A DNA stretch of 60,000 bases from positions 42,410,001 to 42,470,000 of the forward strand of contig CM097885.1 in assembly GCA_044892525.1 (NCBI GenBank). Direction: 5' to 3'. Of this stretch, positions 38,901-52,110 are shown piece by piece. This DNA is from Schmidtea polychroa (Eukaryota). The first letter of the stretch is position 1; the number at the start of each line of letters is the position of its first letter. Below the pieces are notes generated by a model. It searched no databases. It saw nothing but the letters and a program-made list of their open reading frames with translations, and was not told the DNA's origin. The translations under genes and the position numbers were made by a program.

Positions 38901-41900
38901 AAATAGCAATGTCTGTCTTGCTTTTTTCATATCATCATGTGAATATATGCCGCCTCGAGATAATTCGTCCATTGATTTGAACTCTGTATTTTCCGTCAAT
39001 TTGGCCACTTCTAATGTTTTAAGCTATTGCCTTATTGGCTTTATGTCTGGTAGCAAAATTCACACATTGCTCACCTTGTATAAGCGTGATATTGTGGGGT
39101 TACAAATTTCTGGCTGAAGCTTTTCTTTTTCCTCCAATAATTTTCTTGTTACAGGAGTCTATTAAAGCAGTGTTCTCAAAACTGGGTGTTGCGAGATTTC
39201 TTAAGATTCCATAAAACTTTTATTTGAGTGTTTCCGATTTTAAAATGAATTCAAAAATTTCAGCTAAAAATCTCAGGAACTTCCACTCAAATTGTTTTTT
39301 TATTTATCTTAACGTTCATTTTATTTTCAAAAAGTGATCTTAAGTGATTGAAGGCGAGTATCTTTTTCGTACTCAAAAAATGTAAATTGTCATTTTAAAC
39401 ACAACATAAACAAAAGAAACAATAAATTTGATTAAAAAGTGCAAATCAAACATTATTTCAATAAGAAGTTAAAATAGTAACCTCCAATTTCTGTTATTTA
39501 TCAAGTAAAAAATTGCATGTTTTAAGTATGTTTTATTCGATAAATTGTAAATAATAATATAATCGAGTTTATTTTTTATTAAGATGGATAAAATTTTGTT
39601 GAATAAATCAGTTAAAGCACAAAATTCAGTGACCAAAAAAATCGAAAAGAAAAGAAAATATTCTGAAGACTTCATCGAATTTGGATTCATTGCGACTGAG
39701 AAAAATGGACAGGAGTTTCCCTTTTGTCTGGTGTGTAATGAGACATTGTCAAATGCGTCAATGGTTCCCAAAAAATTGATTAGACACAAGGAGACTAAGC
39801 ATCCAGAGCTCTCTTCAAAATCAAAACAATATTTTGAAACTCAGCGAGCACAAAGTGGAAAACAAGCGTTTAAGATGAAATATTTCTGCAAGATTCCTGA
39901 AAAGGCTCAGATTGCAAGCTTTCAAGTAGCTTATTTAATCGCGAAAAAAAGAAGCACACACAGAAGCTGAAAGTATTATTGCTCTTGCAGTTTCGATTAT
40001 TGTTAGTACAATGCTGGGTTGTGAAGCTGCTGAGACAGTGAAGATTGTGCCATTGTCAGCAAACACAATTTCAAGAAGGATTCAAAACCTATCAAACGAC
40101 ATTGAATATGTAACCATCGAGAATTTTCAGAGCACGGAGGAGGAATTTTCCAAATTGTGGTCGCTGCAAGCTCACAATACCACCGACATCAGCGGAAAAG
40201 CATAGCTTTTAACATTCATCAGATTCATTCACGGTACAGAAGTAATGAACCAATATTTGTTTTGCCAGGAGTTAATTGAAACGACCACAGGAAGAGATAT
40301 TTTCAACTTGATCGATGACAATGTGAAAAAATATCAACTTCAATGGCAGAAATGCGTCGGAGTTTGTACAGATGGCGATCCATGTATGCAAGGAAAATTG
40401 AAAGGACTCGCGGTTTTGGTTCGTCTTGTTAGCCCTTCAGTCACCATCACACACTGTATGATTCACCTAGAAGCTTTAGTTTCAAAGTCAATTCCTTCGC
40501 AGCTCCTTATTGTCATGAATCAAGTGGTCTCGATCGTCAACATTATCAAGTCAAAACCTTTTCGGCTTTCTTTGCGATGTGATGGATTCTGATTTCAAAG
40601 CTCTGCTCTACCACATAGAAGTTCGATGGCTGTCCAAAGGAGAGGTTCTTGAGCGTGTCGTACACCTCGAAACTGAAATAATTTCATTTCTTTAAGTTGA
40701 GGATATTACACTCGATTTTTATTTTCGACACAGTGACTGGTATCATTAAAAACTCTATTTTCTTCTTTAAGCGTTCTTTTTAATTTTTTTGACATGATTA
40801 ATGGGCAAATATAATAAAGTCAATAATTTGGTAAACTGATAATATACTAATTCAATATAGTGATCAAATTATTAAACATAGACAAAACACATATGCTGCA
40901 CGCCCGCCACCATAGAAAGCAATTAACTAATGAACAAAAATCGTCAAAAATGTTTGTTTCTAAAAGCTTATGCGTAACAATATAATATTTACCTTGTAAT
41001 TAGTTATAAAATACATTGCCAACAGTACACCAAACACCACTGAGATACGTTCTCTATAGTGGTGGTTGGCGTGTAAAATCACTCACCGATTTATTTATCA
41101 TCATCATCAGCAAATCAAGCAACAATTTATCATGTACTGAATTATGTTTTTTTAATCAATGTTTTTAAAATCAATTATGTTTTTTGGAAATTTATTTTAG
41201 CAATTTTACAAATGGCTTACAAGTAATTTTTTTTATTTAAAGTAAATTTTAAGATTTGAATTTTGATCCATATGGATATGAGATCATTATTCAAGTTCTT
41301 AAATATTACTTTTAATCAACATTATAAATTATTTTTAATTAATTTTCAGGCTTTTTTAGGAATTTTATGTCTTTTATTAAAGTATTTTGGAATTATTTCT
41401 AAAAAATGTGAGTCCGATATATTTTTAATTATAATTAATTAATTAAATAAATCAATCAATGTATTTTTTTAAAACATTTTGGGAAAAATCGCTGATTAGA
41501 ATAATTTTTTAATTTTTGTAGTTTTTTCTCTGAGCTCAATATGAGGGGATTCTTAAAGGAAATCAAATCTGGAGTAAAAATATTTTGAACCAAATTCATC
41601 TGCTCTTGATATTTTCATTAAAAATATAATTTAAAAAATTTTCAACGATCTTTTTTTTCTAAAAATTGTCTAAAATAGAATTATTATAGAAACGTATCTC
41701 ATCGTTACAATTTTACGAATCAAAAGTTTGTATGTATTTTTTATTATGTGTTGTGCTTGTGTGCATTTTTTAATTTTCCTTCCACTTTTCAGATTTCTAT
41801 AATATAAGATGTATCTCATTGAGCTATAAATGAGAACATCAACGTGAAATCAAAGTAAGTATGTATGTTTCTATAATGTAAGATTATTGATTTTTTTGTT

Positions 41901-44900
41901 ATATTATAGGAAATGCATCTCAGTGGTGTTTGGTGTATTTATTTTAAAAAACTAATTACATGATTATTATATATTAGAATGGCATTTATGTTGTTTGGTA
42001 ATATAAAATTTGTTTATTTACCGTAATTAAAACCATGTTTATAATCAGTTTCCAGATTTGAAAAATGCAGCTGTACGAAATATTCTGGAAAATGTTTATT
42101 ATTTCTGAATCGAAAAATTGATGCTAATAAGTCATCATTTTACAAATGAGTGCTTAATAATCTTATTTATTCGTCTACATACGTTTTGTATTTATGGGTG
42201 TGAATGATTGACTTTTATATTTCGTTCTTTGTACTCGGCGAAATGCTTGTACAGTACGGTATATATATACAGTTCAGTAGTTACAAGTATTTTTATTTGT
42301 AAATCCTCAAAATTCAAGGTGTTTTATATAAATTAAGATTTATTTCGATAAGGCTGGGGGCCACATGCGGCCTAAAGGCCGCAGGTTCCCCACCCCTGAT
42401 CTATGACATCTATCCCTAAATATTGCCTGAATGCAAGACTAATTTTCCCCCAATCCAATGTCGCTTGTCGTCGTTGTTAGACAAGGCGATTTTACTATTT
42501 TTAAAAGTAAAGAGCTGATGGTTACGGTCCCTATCCTAGTGTGGGGCACTGTGTACACTTCGCTGTTATTGTAGCAGTCTAAATATGACTTGTGTCTAAT
42601 CTCGGTTCCAAGCAACTTAACTCCCTTAGCCTTTAGTGTTGGTTTATTGCCTAAAAGACTATAACACTTTGGGCGTAAGAAAATTCATTCACTGTAACCT
42701 AGCCTTTTCTTGAATCTTTAAATTTTCCTATAACCGAATCTAAACTCCTTGAATATAAAGGGTGAGCAGGATCGTAATTAGAGATATCTAGTAGGCTGTC
42801 TCTAATCTTTGCTGGCAAAAGAGTGTCAAGCTTACAGTGCTTAATCTCAAGGAAAAAGGAGTCTGTATCGCCGGCAATAATATTTATCTCGCCATTAAAT
42901 ACTTCCCTATATTTCGCCAATTCGTTATATTGGAAATGATACATCCGCAGTTTAGACAGATTTAGTACTGATTGACCGATGTAATTAGGTCTGTCTAAAC
43001 ATATCGAATCTTTATTCAAATAAGCAGCAATCAGATCATTATCAATTCTGATGGATTTCCTGAAAGTCGGTTTTGAGTGATATACAATCATATTTTCAGC
43101 TGAATTGCATAACCTAAAATTCATCCGTTTTTTCAAATTCTCAACGGATTCTCCATATAAACTATTGTTTTATAACTTAAACAAGTCTCTATATAACTCA
43201 CTGGTCGATCATACTCTTAATTCGGTGTTTTTGTTTATGTATGCCTTAAATATAGGTGCTTGTTTGAATTTAATTGCACAATGAATTTTAATAACCTTCG
43301 CACCGAGTTAAAAATTAAAGTTTAAGAAGCTTCTCAACTTTGGAGTTCCATGGACACATCCTTTCCGGAGCAATAGGAAAACCATTTAAATCAGGAATAT
43401 CAATATCAACGTCCATAGTATAGCCATATGGAAGGTTTTCGATATTCTCATTCATACATTCAGTAAGGACTAGTGCATGTCGGGATTTGGCCATTTTCTC
43501 AATATCGGTATTTCGGTATTGAAAATTTAAAACCAGGATACCGGTATTAATACCGAAATAATACCGAAATATTTATAAATACAAAAATCAAAAGAGTCCC
43601 ATTTAAAAATTAAATTTTATGAAGTTTATAAAAATTTATTAACTAGTTTTGTTTTAATTATTTATTCATAATGTATCTACTATGAATAGACTTAAATTTA
43701 AGAAATTAAATCAATTTGTGATTTTCTCATTAAATATAATCGTAAAATACACAGTGCATCAATTGTATCATCTCCAAGAGAAGTACGAAGTTTTGTAATA
43801 AAATTGTTGAATGCTGAAAATGCTCTCTCTGGTTCGACACTGGTGGGTTTAACGTTTAATAACCAATCGTGTATTGTTTGAGGTTGATGCCGATACTTCC
43901 ATTGACTTCAAATAGATCCATTTCTCTTTTCAAAATTGAAGATAACTTATTTGATTGTGTAGGGTTTTGCTTAACTTTTAACTCATTTTGACTGTTGATA
44001 GATAAATTTAATTTGTCTTTTAGTGAGAGATTTTGTGTACGGTTGTGCTTCCAAATCTTCTTCATCATCTTTAGTTTCCTGTGCTAACGAAGACTGCAAA
44101 ATTCCTAGGAAAATGGTCAATAACTTTGTTTTACTTGGGCGAATTCCCGGTAAACTTTCAACTTCCGACATATCACCGAGATGCAAGTATTGGAACGCAT
44201 CTGAGTATACGGTTCTTCTCTCAGCAATTCTTTCTATCAACGCTTCCTTCAATTTGTTTCCAAAAACTGTCTCTGGAATGTTTTCCAAAATAAAATTAAA
44301 AGTAGCATCAGCTGTTAATAAATTTGAATCTTGTCTGCATAATGCTTCTACTCCTAGTTTGACTGGAGTTAAGACTGTAACTATATCATCCAAAGCTGAA
44401 TACTCTTCCTCATTCATTGTTAATTCAGACTTAATATCAATCAAGGCCTTCAAAACACAGGTTTTAAGTGATACAAAACTGTTTTTTGGATACGTTTCAA
44501 GTGACAAGAATGCCGAGATATTTTATCTAAATTTTTTTATGGAATAGTTTAACAATTTTTCTATAAAGTTTCTAATAAAACTCTCTTTTAGTAATGAGTT
44601 TCACTTGACACGAAACATTTTCACCATGCTATAAAATTGTGGTTGATATTGAATTAATTTAAATTTGTGCAATAAATTTTATCTTTCTTTAGATGAAATC
44701 AAATTGGGGCATTATCGCCAGCTGTTTCATCCTGATAGATTTTTACAAGGTTGCGAAGATGCTGCCAGTAATTTTGCAAGAGGATTTTTTACAGTTGGTA
44801 AATTACTTTTGGGGAGCATTTCTCAAGTAACCCGTCGAATGTTTGAAGAATGTGATCATTTACAAGGAATAATGATTTATCGGGCTTTGAGTGGTGGTAC

Positions 44901-45945
44901 TGGATCTGGATTAACTTCTGCTTTATTCGATTTATTAGCTGAATATCCTAAAACTCCGAAAATTGAAGTCCCCATTTACCCATCACCAACTCTATGTACA
45001 ACTACAGTCGAGCCATATAATGCCGTACTGGCGGAACATTTTTGCATAGAAGATACTGATTTGAGTTTACTGTTCGATAATGAAGCGTTGTATGATGTAA
45101 CCTTAAAATATTTATATTATCCTTCACCTACATATTCTCTTATTAATCGTCTGATAGCACAAGTTATATCATCTTTGACCGCATCTTTGCGGTTTGAAAA
45201 CACACTAAATTGTGATATTTCTGTTCTTCAAATAAATCTCGTTCCATATCCTCGAATTCATTTTCCTCTCTGTAATTTCGCTCCTCTATCTTGCATAGAC
45301 AGGCATAATCATGAAACAATAACTGTGGAATATTTAACGGCCAATGTATTTGAAAGTGAAAATCAAATGGTTAAAATTGATCCTTCTTTGGGTCGTTTTA
45401 TGTCATGTGCGTTATTTTACAGAGGACCGATTTCTCCATATGAAGTCTATTTAGCTTTATCCCGTGTTAAGAGAGATCGAAAACTTGATTTTGTCGAATG
45501 GTGTCCGACCGGATTTAAAGTTGGTATTAATTCAAGCTACCCGCGGCGTGTGCCAAGTAGCAAGTTGGCCCCCACTGAGAAAAATCTCGCTATGCTTACT
45601 AATTCATCTGCAATTGGCCAAGCTTTTCAAAGAATAGCGCATAAATTCTATTTGTTGTATGCAAAGAGAAGTTTTCTACATTGGTTTGTTGGAGAAGGAA
45701 TGGAAGAGATGGAGTTCACTGAATCTCTTTTCAATATAACTGCATTGGTTAAAGATTATGAAGAAGTAACTAGAGATAAAACTGAAATTGATAAAGTTGA
45801 AGAACCGGTTCAAGATCAAACGGAAGAACCTACCGAAATACTTCAAGATAAAAGTGAAAAATTAGAAAAATCCATTTCAGACGAAAACAATTTGCCTATG
45901 GTGAACACAAATATGTTTCCCTTTTCCAGTAAAATCAAAACTTAG
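35931..45945 (+). CDS. TUBA: Divergent alpha-tubulin, ~490 aa; exons 35931-35933, 35980-36196, 44693-45945
   Basis: M|REVVNFNVGQAGAQMG..WELFCAEH..IDLEPTVL|DEIKLGHYRQLFHP, SGGTGSG, VEPYN, NLVPYPRIHF, FVEWCPTGFKVGIN, HWFVGEGMEEMEF. GT-AG introns in compatible phase at positions typical of animal alpha-tubulins. Confidence 0.93.
36879..37275. mobile_element. hAT-type MITE, ~397 bp, in the tubulin intron
   Basis: TIR CAGTGCTTTTTTTCTG / CAGAAAAAAAGCACTG; TSD TGTAAAGT/TGTAGAGT; subterminal GTTCCGGCACC at both ends. Confidence 0.9.
38560..39157 (-). pseudogene. Probable chuvirus-like (env-type) glycoprotein C-terminal relic
   Basis: Manual translation across stops gives FKSMDELSRGGIYSHDDMKKARQTLLFP...KI*GLFTNLGIFVAGC..IYAIFVILKLMITQLLSTYSIFKIDG*SQRLILG. 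Confidence 0.55.
39168..40740 (+). mobile_element. hAT Buster/Charlie (ZBED5-like) transposon, 3'-truncated, pseudogenised
   Basis: Left end CAGTGTTCTCAAAC; KRKYSEDFIEFGF..CLVCNETLSNASMVPKKLIRH..KH; VPLSANTISRRI; CVGVCTDG; THCMIHLEAL; EVRWLSKG. Confidence 0.92.
41028..41935. mobile_element. TA-flanked MITE, ~908 bp (Tc1/mariner-type TSD)
   Basis: TIR CACCAAACACCACTGAGAT / ATCTCAGTGGTGTTTGGTG with TA on both sides. Confidence 0.85.
42350..42398. mobile_element. Isolated hAT-like terminus
   Basis: TGCGGCC..GGCCGCAGGTTCCCCACCCCTG is the reverse complement of a CAGGGGTGGGGAACC-type hAT end; no partner end found. Confidence 0.55.
42400..43470 (-). pseudogene. Polinton/Maverick protein-primed DNA polymerase B, C-terminal fragment
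   Basis: FKL*NNSLYGESVEN, RPNYIGQSVLNLSKLRMY, AGDTDSFF, IGKFKD, LRPKCYS..KAKGV motifs. Confidence 0.9.
43471..44630 (-). mobile_element. hAT transposon 3' part with transposase C-terminus
   Basis: VLTPVKLGVEALCRQDSNLLTAD; KPTSVEPERAFS...TKLRTSLGDDTIDALC; terminus-like TAGTGCATGTCGGGAT with subterminal CGGTAT repeats at 43471. Confidence 0.85.
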
Positions 45946-46198
45946 CATCTATTAAAAATTTATGAGCTACAAATAAATTTGTAGAAAATTAAAGAAATTT
46001 TAACCAAAGTTTGGTTAAAAATCATTGTACAAAACTCGTATTTAAATAAATCATATTACAATTAAATTTATAGTTTTGACTGTATGATTTCCTACGATTT
46101 TCACACTTAAGAGGAATACGTTTTATTCTTAAAATTATAAAATGCCAGCAATAAGTTTTCAATTTTTGAGAATTCAACAGACTTGTTTCCCTCATAAC

Positions 46199-48419
46199 CA
46201 GGGCCGGATTTGGATGAAGAAAGTCCTTAGTAGGGGTCGTGATTTCTCGAGAAATTTTGTGCATATCCTGCTGGTTCATATCATCCGATTCTAATTCGCT
46301 ATCTTCAATTACCATTATTTCTGAATTCTACATAGGTATCTCAACAATAAGATTTCTATTACCAGGTGATAAGTTTTTAGCAGATTTGGTGATTTCATTT
46401 TCACTGGTCATGCTGAAAAATTCATCTTCCACATTTTCCAAAGAGGATGGGTCCTATAAAAATTTAAGAAGAGACACTAATGATTTATCCCTTCTCTTTC
46501 CTATACGAACTTTTAGTTCTTCAAGCAACTATAAAGATAAAACAGAATTGTTTTCTAGTGATTGATAAAGAAATTTCAAGACTCCTTCCGCTGTCCATAA
46601 GGTAGTATCATTACGATTTAACGCTTCTATTGCTATTCGAGCAGGTTTCAAAACATCCAACATATTTCTGGCGTTAGTAATATCATCAATGCTCAATAGA
46701 TAATTCATATTAAGATCTTCTAAAGCCTTTTTTATAGAATCTATAGAACTATACGAAGAAATCGTTCTACCATTCACTCTAATGTGTTCCATCTGGTCCT
46801 ACAATACAATAATAGCGATAGCTCCTTTTGCTCTGCAGGTTTAACGTAATTTTACAAGACACTATTTCTTACCGGTGATTTCTTGAAAAGCTTGACAATT
46901 TTTCGAATATTCTGCATAGTGGTATAAATATTTATATCGGGATCGGGATTAAGAAATGAAATCCTGTTCCTGAAAATTACTATTAAATGAATCATCTTTG
47001 TTTGTATCACAATTAGAATTGTCGTCATCGGTGGTTTCATTATTGTCTGTTTTAGGTGCGTATAAAACCGACATAATCGCCAAATGGATAGCGTGATTAT
47101 AGCACATTTGTAAAAGGACAGGTGATAATTTGCCATATTTTACCATAACGCTCGCACCGTCTGATGTAGTTGCCACAATATCGTTGGAAAAACTAATACC
47201 AAAAGATTCTAATTTTGAATTCACCATTTCTATAATTTTCTCAGCAGGGCAGCTTCCTGTTATTAGGATTAAACTTAAATTAACTGACTCTAATGTTCCG
47301 AAATATAAGTGGACATTCATGTTTCGTCTGTTTTTGAAATTGGTCCATTCATCAATAGACAAACTAAATTTGGAATTCTGTTCTTTTAGTGATTTAATTT
47401 TAAAAACTAGTTTATCTTTCACTAAGCAATAATACTTATACACAAAATTTATGACATCTGATGGCCGCTGTGACAAAGAAAATCCCTGCTTTTTAATGCT
47501 CCTTTCATTATTATCTGCTCGTGTATAGAAACATCTTCATTAATATTTACAAAGCGTATTGTTGCGTATAGACATCTGCTTTTTATGACTTTGATCGGGA
47601 GTGCAATCAAGAATAATAGAGAAATATTTAGCCCGTCGAGCTGAATATAAAATCGGAATTAGGGACAGATGAACTTATTATTTCATTTTCCCAAAGAGTA
47701 AAGCCTACTTCCGTTTCATTTTGAGCAACATCTTCACTATTAACATTGAGCGTTGTGGTTTCTGAATTGCTAGTTGATGACTGGTCAAATTGGACAATAA
47801 TATTAACAGCTGGAGTAGTTTTGGTTTTCTTTATATACCTGGAAAGCTCTCCCATTTGTTTTTCATACTAAGTTCTATTTGTCGCTTTTTCTGATGAGAT
47901 TGAGTATCTGATAACTTTCGGCGTTTCATATGGCTTGATATTATTTTTTAATATTTACCAATTAAATATAACTAAGAAAACTGATTGAAATTTAAAAGTA
48001 CTACAGATTTTAAAGGATAATTAACTTATTTCAATACCTTTTGTTTTTTTTTCAACTGATCACATTTCAATACTGTCTACATTTTGTTGCAAAATCATTT
48101 TAATAATAACGCCCACTAGTCATCAATATAAATTATAATTAATTAAATTTGAAACATTTCAAAAATTTAGTCGATATAACTTATTATGAGAATATCCTTA
48201 CGTTCTGAATGATAATCCTTTTATCTATTAGAAAGATGAAAAATGAATCTAAAAACTTGGTTGAGGTAAAAGTGACCTGTTAGAAATATTATAAGTTATA
48301 AGCAATAGTTTTTAATTCGAAATTAATGAAAATGCAACAGCTTGCATTGAAACAAAGGTTAAAAAGTGAAAAACCCCAAACACAACTGCCTGCTTTGCTT
48401 GTGCCTAAGGCCGGCCCTG
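46199..48419 (-). mobile_element. Decayed hAT transposon region (transposase fragments ~46230-47560)
   Basis: FSLSIDEWT, TSDGASVM, CYNHAIHLAI, IRKIVKLFKKSP, VLKPARIAIEAL. Ends CAGGGCCGG / CCGGCCCTG, but flanking 8-mers do not match, so the boundaries are uncertain. Confidence 0.75.
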
Positions 48420-48739
48420 CGCGTACTGATTAGTAGCAGACCCCCCCCATCATCCTCCTCTTCAAGGTCAAGTCGAGATTATTGTTTTTGAAGTATAATT
48501 ATTGATTAAAAGTTTGATTTTACTTTTCTATTATATTGATTCTTGAATTAAAAAAGATAAGAGTTTTATAGAAGGGTGAGGACCCAAAACTAAAATTAAT
48601 TTTTTTTAATCAGGAAGTATCCAGCTGAACGTCAGCTTAATAGGTACATAAATATTATTAAATTGTCAAGACATTGGCAAAGGGCCAATAAATTATTAGT
48701 CCGGTTCCAACTCAGGATTAGAATGAAAATTAATTGAGA

Positions 48740-49410
48740 AAATAATATAAAAGCGCAGTCAAACAAAACATCACGACAGTAGTTCGACTCCAGAAAAGTG
48801 AAAAATGGAATTGAATTAAAAGAGAAACTAGAGATGAAATAAAATCAAGCTGTTATCCAAACCATATTTTGTAGTGATAGTAAAGGTTGGATTTGCAGCA
48901 AGTCAGACAATGAGCAGCCATTTCACCACTGATGAATGTGTGGAAAAAATTCTAGCAGAGTTTCATGATACTAAAATCCTTTAGGATGGCAAGAGTAAAA
49001 AAAGCACTAATGTAGAGACGTTTCACTAGTTCACTAAAGCTGATTCTGCTTTCAGAGAGAACAGTTTTTTGACACAATTGTAGGTTCTCATCGGAAATTC
49101 CAGTCGCTTCTCCTTCTCTTTCCTCATCGAAAACTGACTGCTGGCCTCGTCTAAACTTTCTAATATAGCTAAATCGTTGAACGAGCTGGGCAAAGGTCCT
49201 GGTAGACCGACTGCAGCTGTTGAATGATATATTAATTCTCAACACTTGACGACATTATAAAGCTACTTGCTCTTTCTCATAAGAAACATCACAAACACAG
49301 CAATGGTAAATATTTAACCACTAAGGTGACTACTATTTATAGTAACAACGTCACTAATGCCATCATTTTATTAATACCCTAGTCTGGGGACTTATCTAAT
49401 GCACCACATA
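48740..49410 (-). pseudogene. Mariner transposase N-terminal remnant with a candidate TIR at ~49386-49408
   Basis: KFRRGQQSVFDEEREG...ESRISFSELVKRLYIS...IL..MKLC matches the mariner HTH/linker pattern. Confidence 0.75.
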
Positions 49411-50063
49411 AGTTAGGTCATGTTGCCCGTCGAACCCAGGAGTATTTGCCTCATATTCTCATTGTGTTCTCAAGAACCTATCAGAAATTTCGATGTATTA
49501 AATTTTTTGAATTGTTCACCTGTCATGAAATTTATGATTTTGTTTATATTCATTTTTCAGATTAGATCTGTGTTTGTTTTTTTATTACTATAGATTCTAT
49601 ATATATTTAATTTTATAATTTAAATGAATATATTTCAATTTTTGCTAATTTAAAATTAAAATGGTCTTCTTCCATAAAAAATTTAAAACAAAATATTTTC
49701 TTATTTTAGTACAAATGCCAGAATAATTGTATAAATTTCATGGAAAATATTATATTAAAAATAAGTAAAATTATTAAAGTAAAAATTGTTTAGTTTAATT
49801 TTGCTAAGACAAATATGTAATTAATATATATTTTATTTAAGATGCTCTTTAATAAAATACTTTTAATTTTAATTAATTAACGTGCTTCATGTGTAGGAAA
49901 TAATACATTAATAATATACAGCAAAATAGTAATTTATAACTTTTTTATTCATCATATGAAATAAATTTATATTCATATTTAGTTTGTTTAACTTAATTAA
50001 ATTGTTAAAGTACGCTTTGTCTATGAAGCCATTTTCTTATGATTAATTTTTTTTTCAGTTAAA

Positions 50064-50731
50064 ATGGTAGACAAGAAGCCAAAAGGTGCTAAAACACCGT
50101 ATGCTTGTTTCGTGCAAGTCGTGAGAGAAGAACACAAAAAGAAACATCCAGACGAGCAAATAGTTTTTAGCGAATTTTCAAAGAGATGCTCAGAAAAGTG
50201 GAAGGTTATTATAATATGTTGTCATTTCATAATAATCAAAAAATTTTTGTAGGAAATGTCGCCTAAAGAGAAACAGAGATTTATGGATATTGCCGCTAAA
50301 GACAAAGAAAGATATCTTAAAGAAATGGATAATTATCAACCACCAGCAGGTACTAAAAATAAAAGGAAGATTAAAGATCCAAATAAACCAAAAGGTGCAT
50401 GGACAGCATTTTTCTTTTTTTCTGATGAACATCGCAAAAAAATTAAAGAAGAAAATCCAGAATATAAAGTTGGTGATGTTGCTAAAGTGTTAGGTAAAAT
50501 GTGGGAAGCTTGTAAGGATAAAAGTAAATATGAAGAACAAGCAAAAAGAGATAAAGAACGTTATAATAAAGTATTTATATATTTCCAATTTCGAAAGTTA
50601 ATGCTTTATAGGAACTTGAAGAATACAAAAGCGGAGCTCCGGTATCTAAAAAAACAAAAGGTGCAGGTGATCAGGTCAATGGTAATCATGAAGACGATGA
50701 TGATGAAGATGATATAGAAGAAGATGACTAA
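50064..50731 (+). CDS. HMGB: High-mobility-group box protein (two HMG boxes plus acidic tail), ~192 aa; exons 50064-50204, 50253-50570, 50612-50731
   Basis: [74 protein letters not shown] introns of 48 and 41 bp; tail [12 protein letters not shown]. Confidence 0.96.
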
Positions 50732-50965
50732 ATAACTGATTCCAGTGTTTCATCAGATTTTATAGTGTGGTATATCACGATTATCTGATGTTTTATTGTT
50801 AAGAAATGTTGCATTTATTTTATAGTGTTTTTGTATTGTAACTGTTTATGTAATGTAAATATTTAAAAATTAAAGTAGTGTAATGTTTACATCACAATTA
50901 TAAATACATTTTAACGTAAAGTTGTTTAAATCGTTAGGTGCTTGCGCACATTTTTAAAATTTAAA

Positions 50966-51859
50966 ATGTTTATTGAAGGTATTGATAATGTGATTTTATT
51001 AGTAATAACGTTAATGATCATATGTTTTCTATATATTTTTCATTGTTTAATATCATTAATTAATAGATTTAATAGCAGGTATCTTTATTTTGAATGTTTC
51101 TGTTAATTAAGTTTCAGTTACAATTTACATTCAACATATGAGATACAGTACCAAGAATTTTTAAATCAGGTACGAAATGAAAATAATCATAGTGATGTAC
51201 CGAATAGGTGTCCGGTGTGTTTAGAAAGCTGTAAATATGCTATTAAAACCAGTTGTAGTCATATGTTTTGTGGTTGGTAAATTTGGTTAATATTTTTTTA
51301 AATTTAATTTTTAGGGCAGTGTTTAATTGGTTGGTCCAACACTGTTAATTCTTCTGGAGGTACTTCGTGTCCCGTATGTAGGACATTGGTATGTTAAATA
51401 GGGACTTTGTAAATGTAAAGTCTTTCAAAAATTTTAGATAAAATTTATGCTTCAATATTTTTCACAAGATGAAATATTGACTGAATGTGTTGAAAAATCA
51501 GATATATCAAATTTTGTCAAATATTATAATAGACGATATTCGGGAATGTCAGTTTCGGTATTTAAATTTTCTAAAGAGCATACTTCCATTATTAGTTCCT
51601 AAAGGTGATTGATCAAATTCGTGATTTCCCTACTATTCTACGCAATGGAATTTGGAGAATAATTCAAGGGGATTTCAATTTTGCATTTCGTATGCGTATT
51701 ATAATTGTCATTGCTGGAATGCTGCTTTATGTTTTATCGCCGTTGGACATATTGCCAGAATTTTTGTTTGGAATATTTGGTTTTATTGACGATATAGCAG
51801 CTATCTTTTTAACTCTCAGCTACTTGAACTATTTATTTCGGCGATCTCTAACAAATTGA
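50966..51859 (+). CDS. RNF170: RNF170-type membrane RING E3 ligase; exons about 50966-51078, 51118-51272, 51315-51388, 51438-51557, ~51596/51605-51859
   Basis: N-terminal IEGIDN plus TM helix; CPVC..TSCSHMFCGQC..CPVCR C3HC4 RING; YNRRYSG; YVLSPLDILPE..FGIFGFIDD (DUF1232-like); short GT-AG introns in frame. Confidence 0.92.
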
Positions 51860-52110
51860 AAGTTCCAATATAACCTATCTGCCAAATAATTGATATTTCG
51901 TTCAGGAAATTTATTTGTAATTTTGTATATTTTTTGGTTGCTAAGTTTAATTTATCAAACTCTAATGTGAATCAGTAATAATATTGACATTACGGACGTT
52001 ACCCAGAAATATGCATTTTTACTGGTTCTTCCATGGTAATATATTGTTGGGCTAGGTGGAACGAGTTAGCTAACAAATATAAACCAAAATGACTAAGATA
52101 AACTGAGATC

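Noticed and set aside
44023..47432. Plus-strand ORFs 44023-44547, 46239-46565 and 47130-47432
   Set aside because: Antisense shadows of minus-strand hAT transposase fragments.
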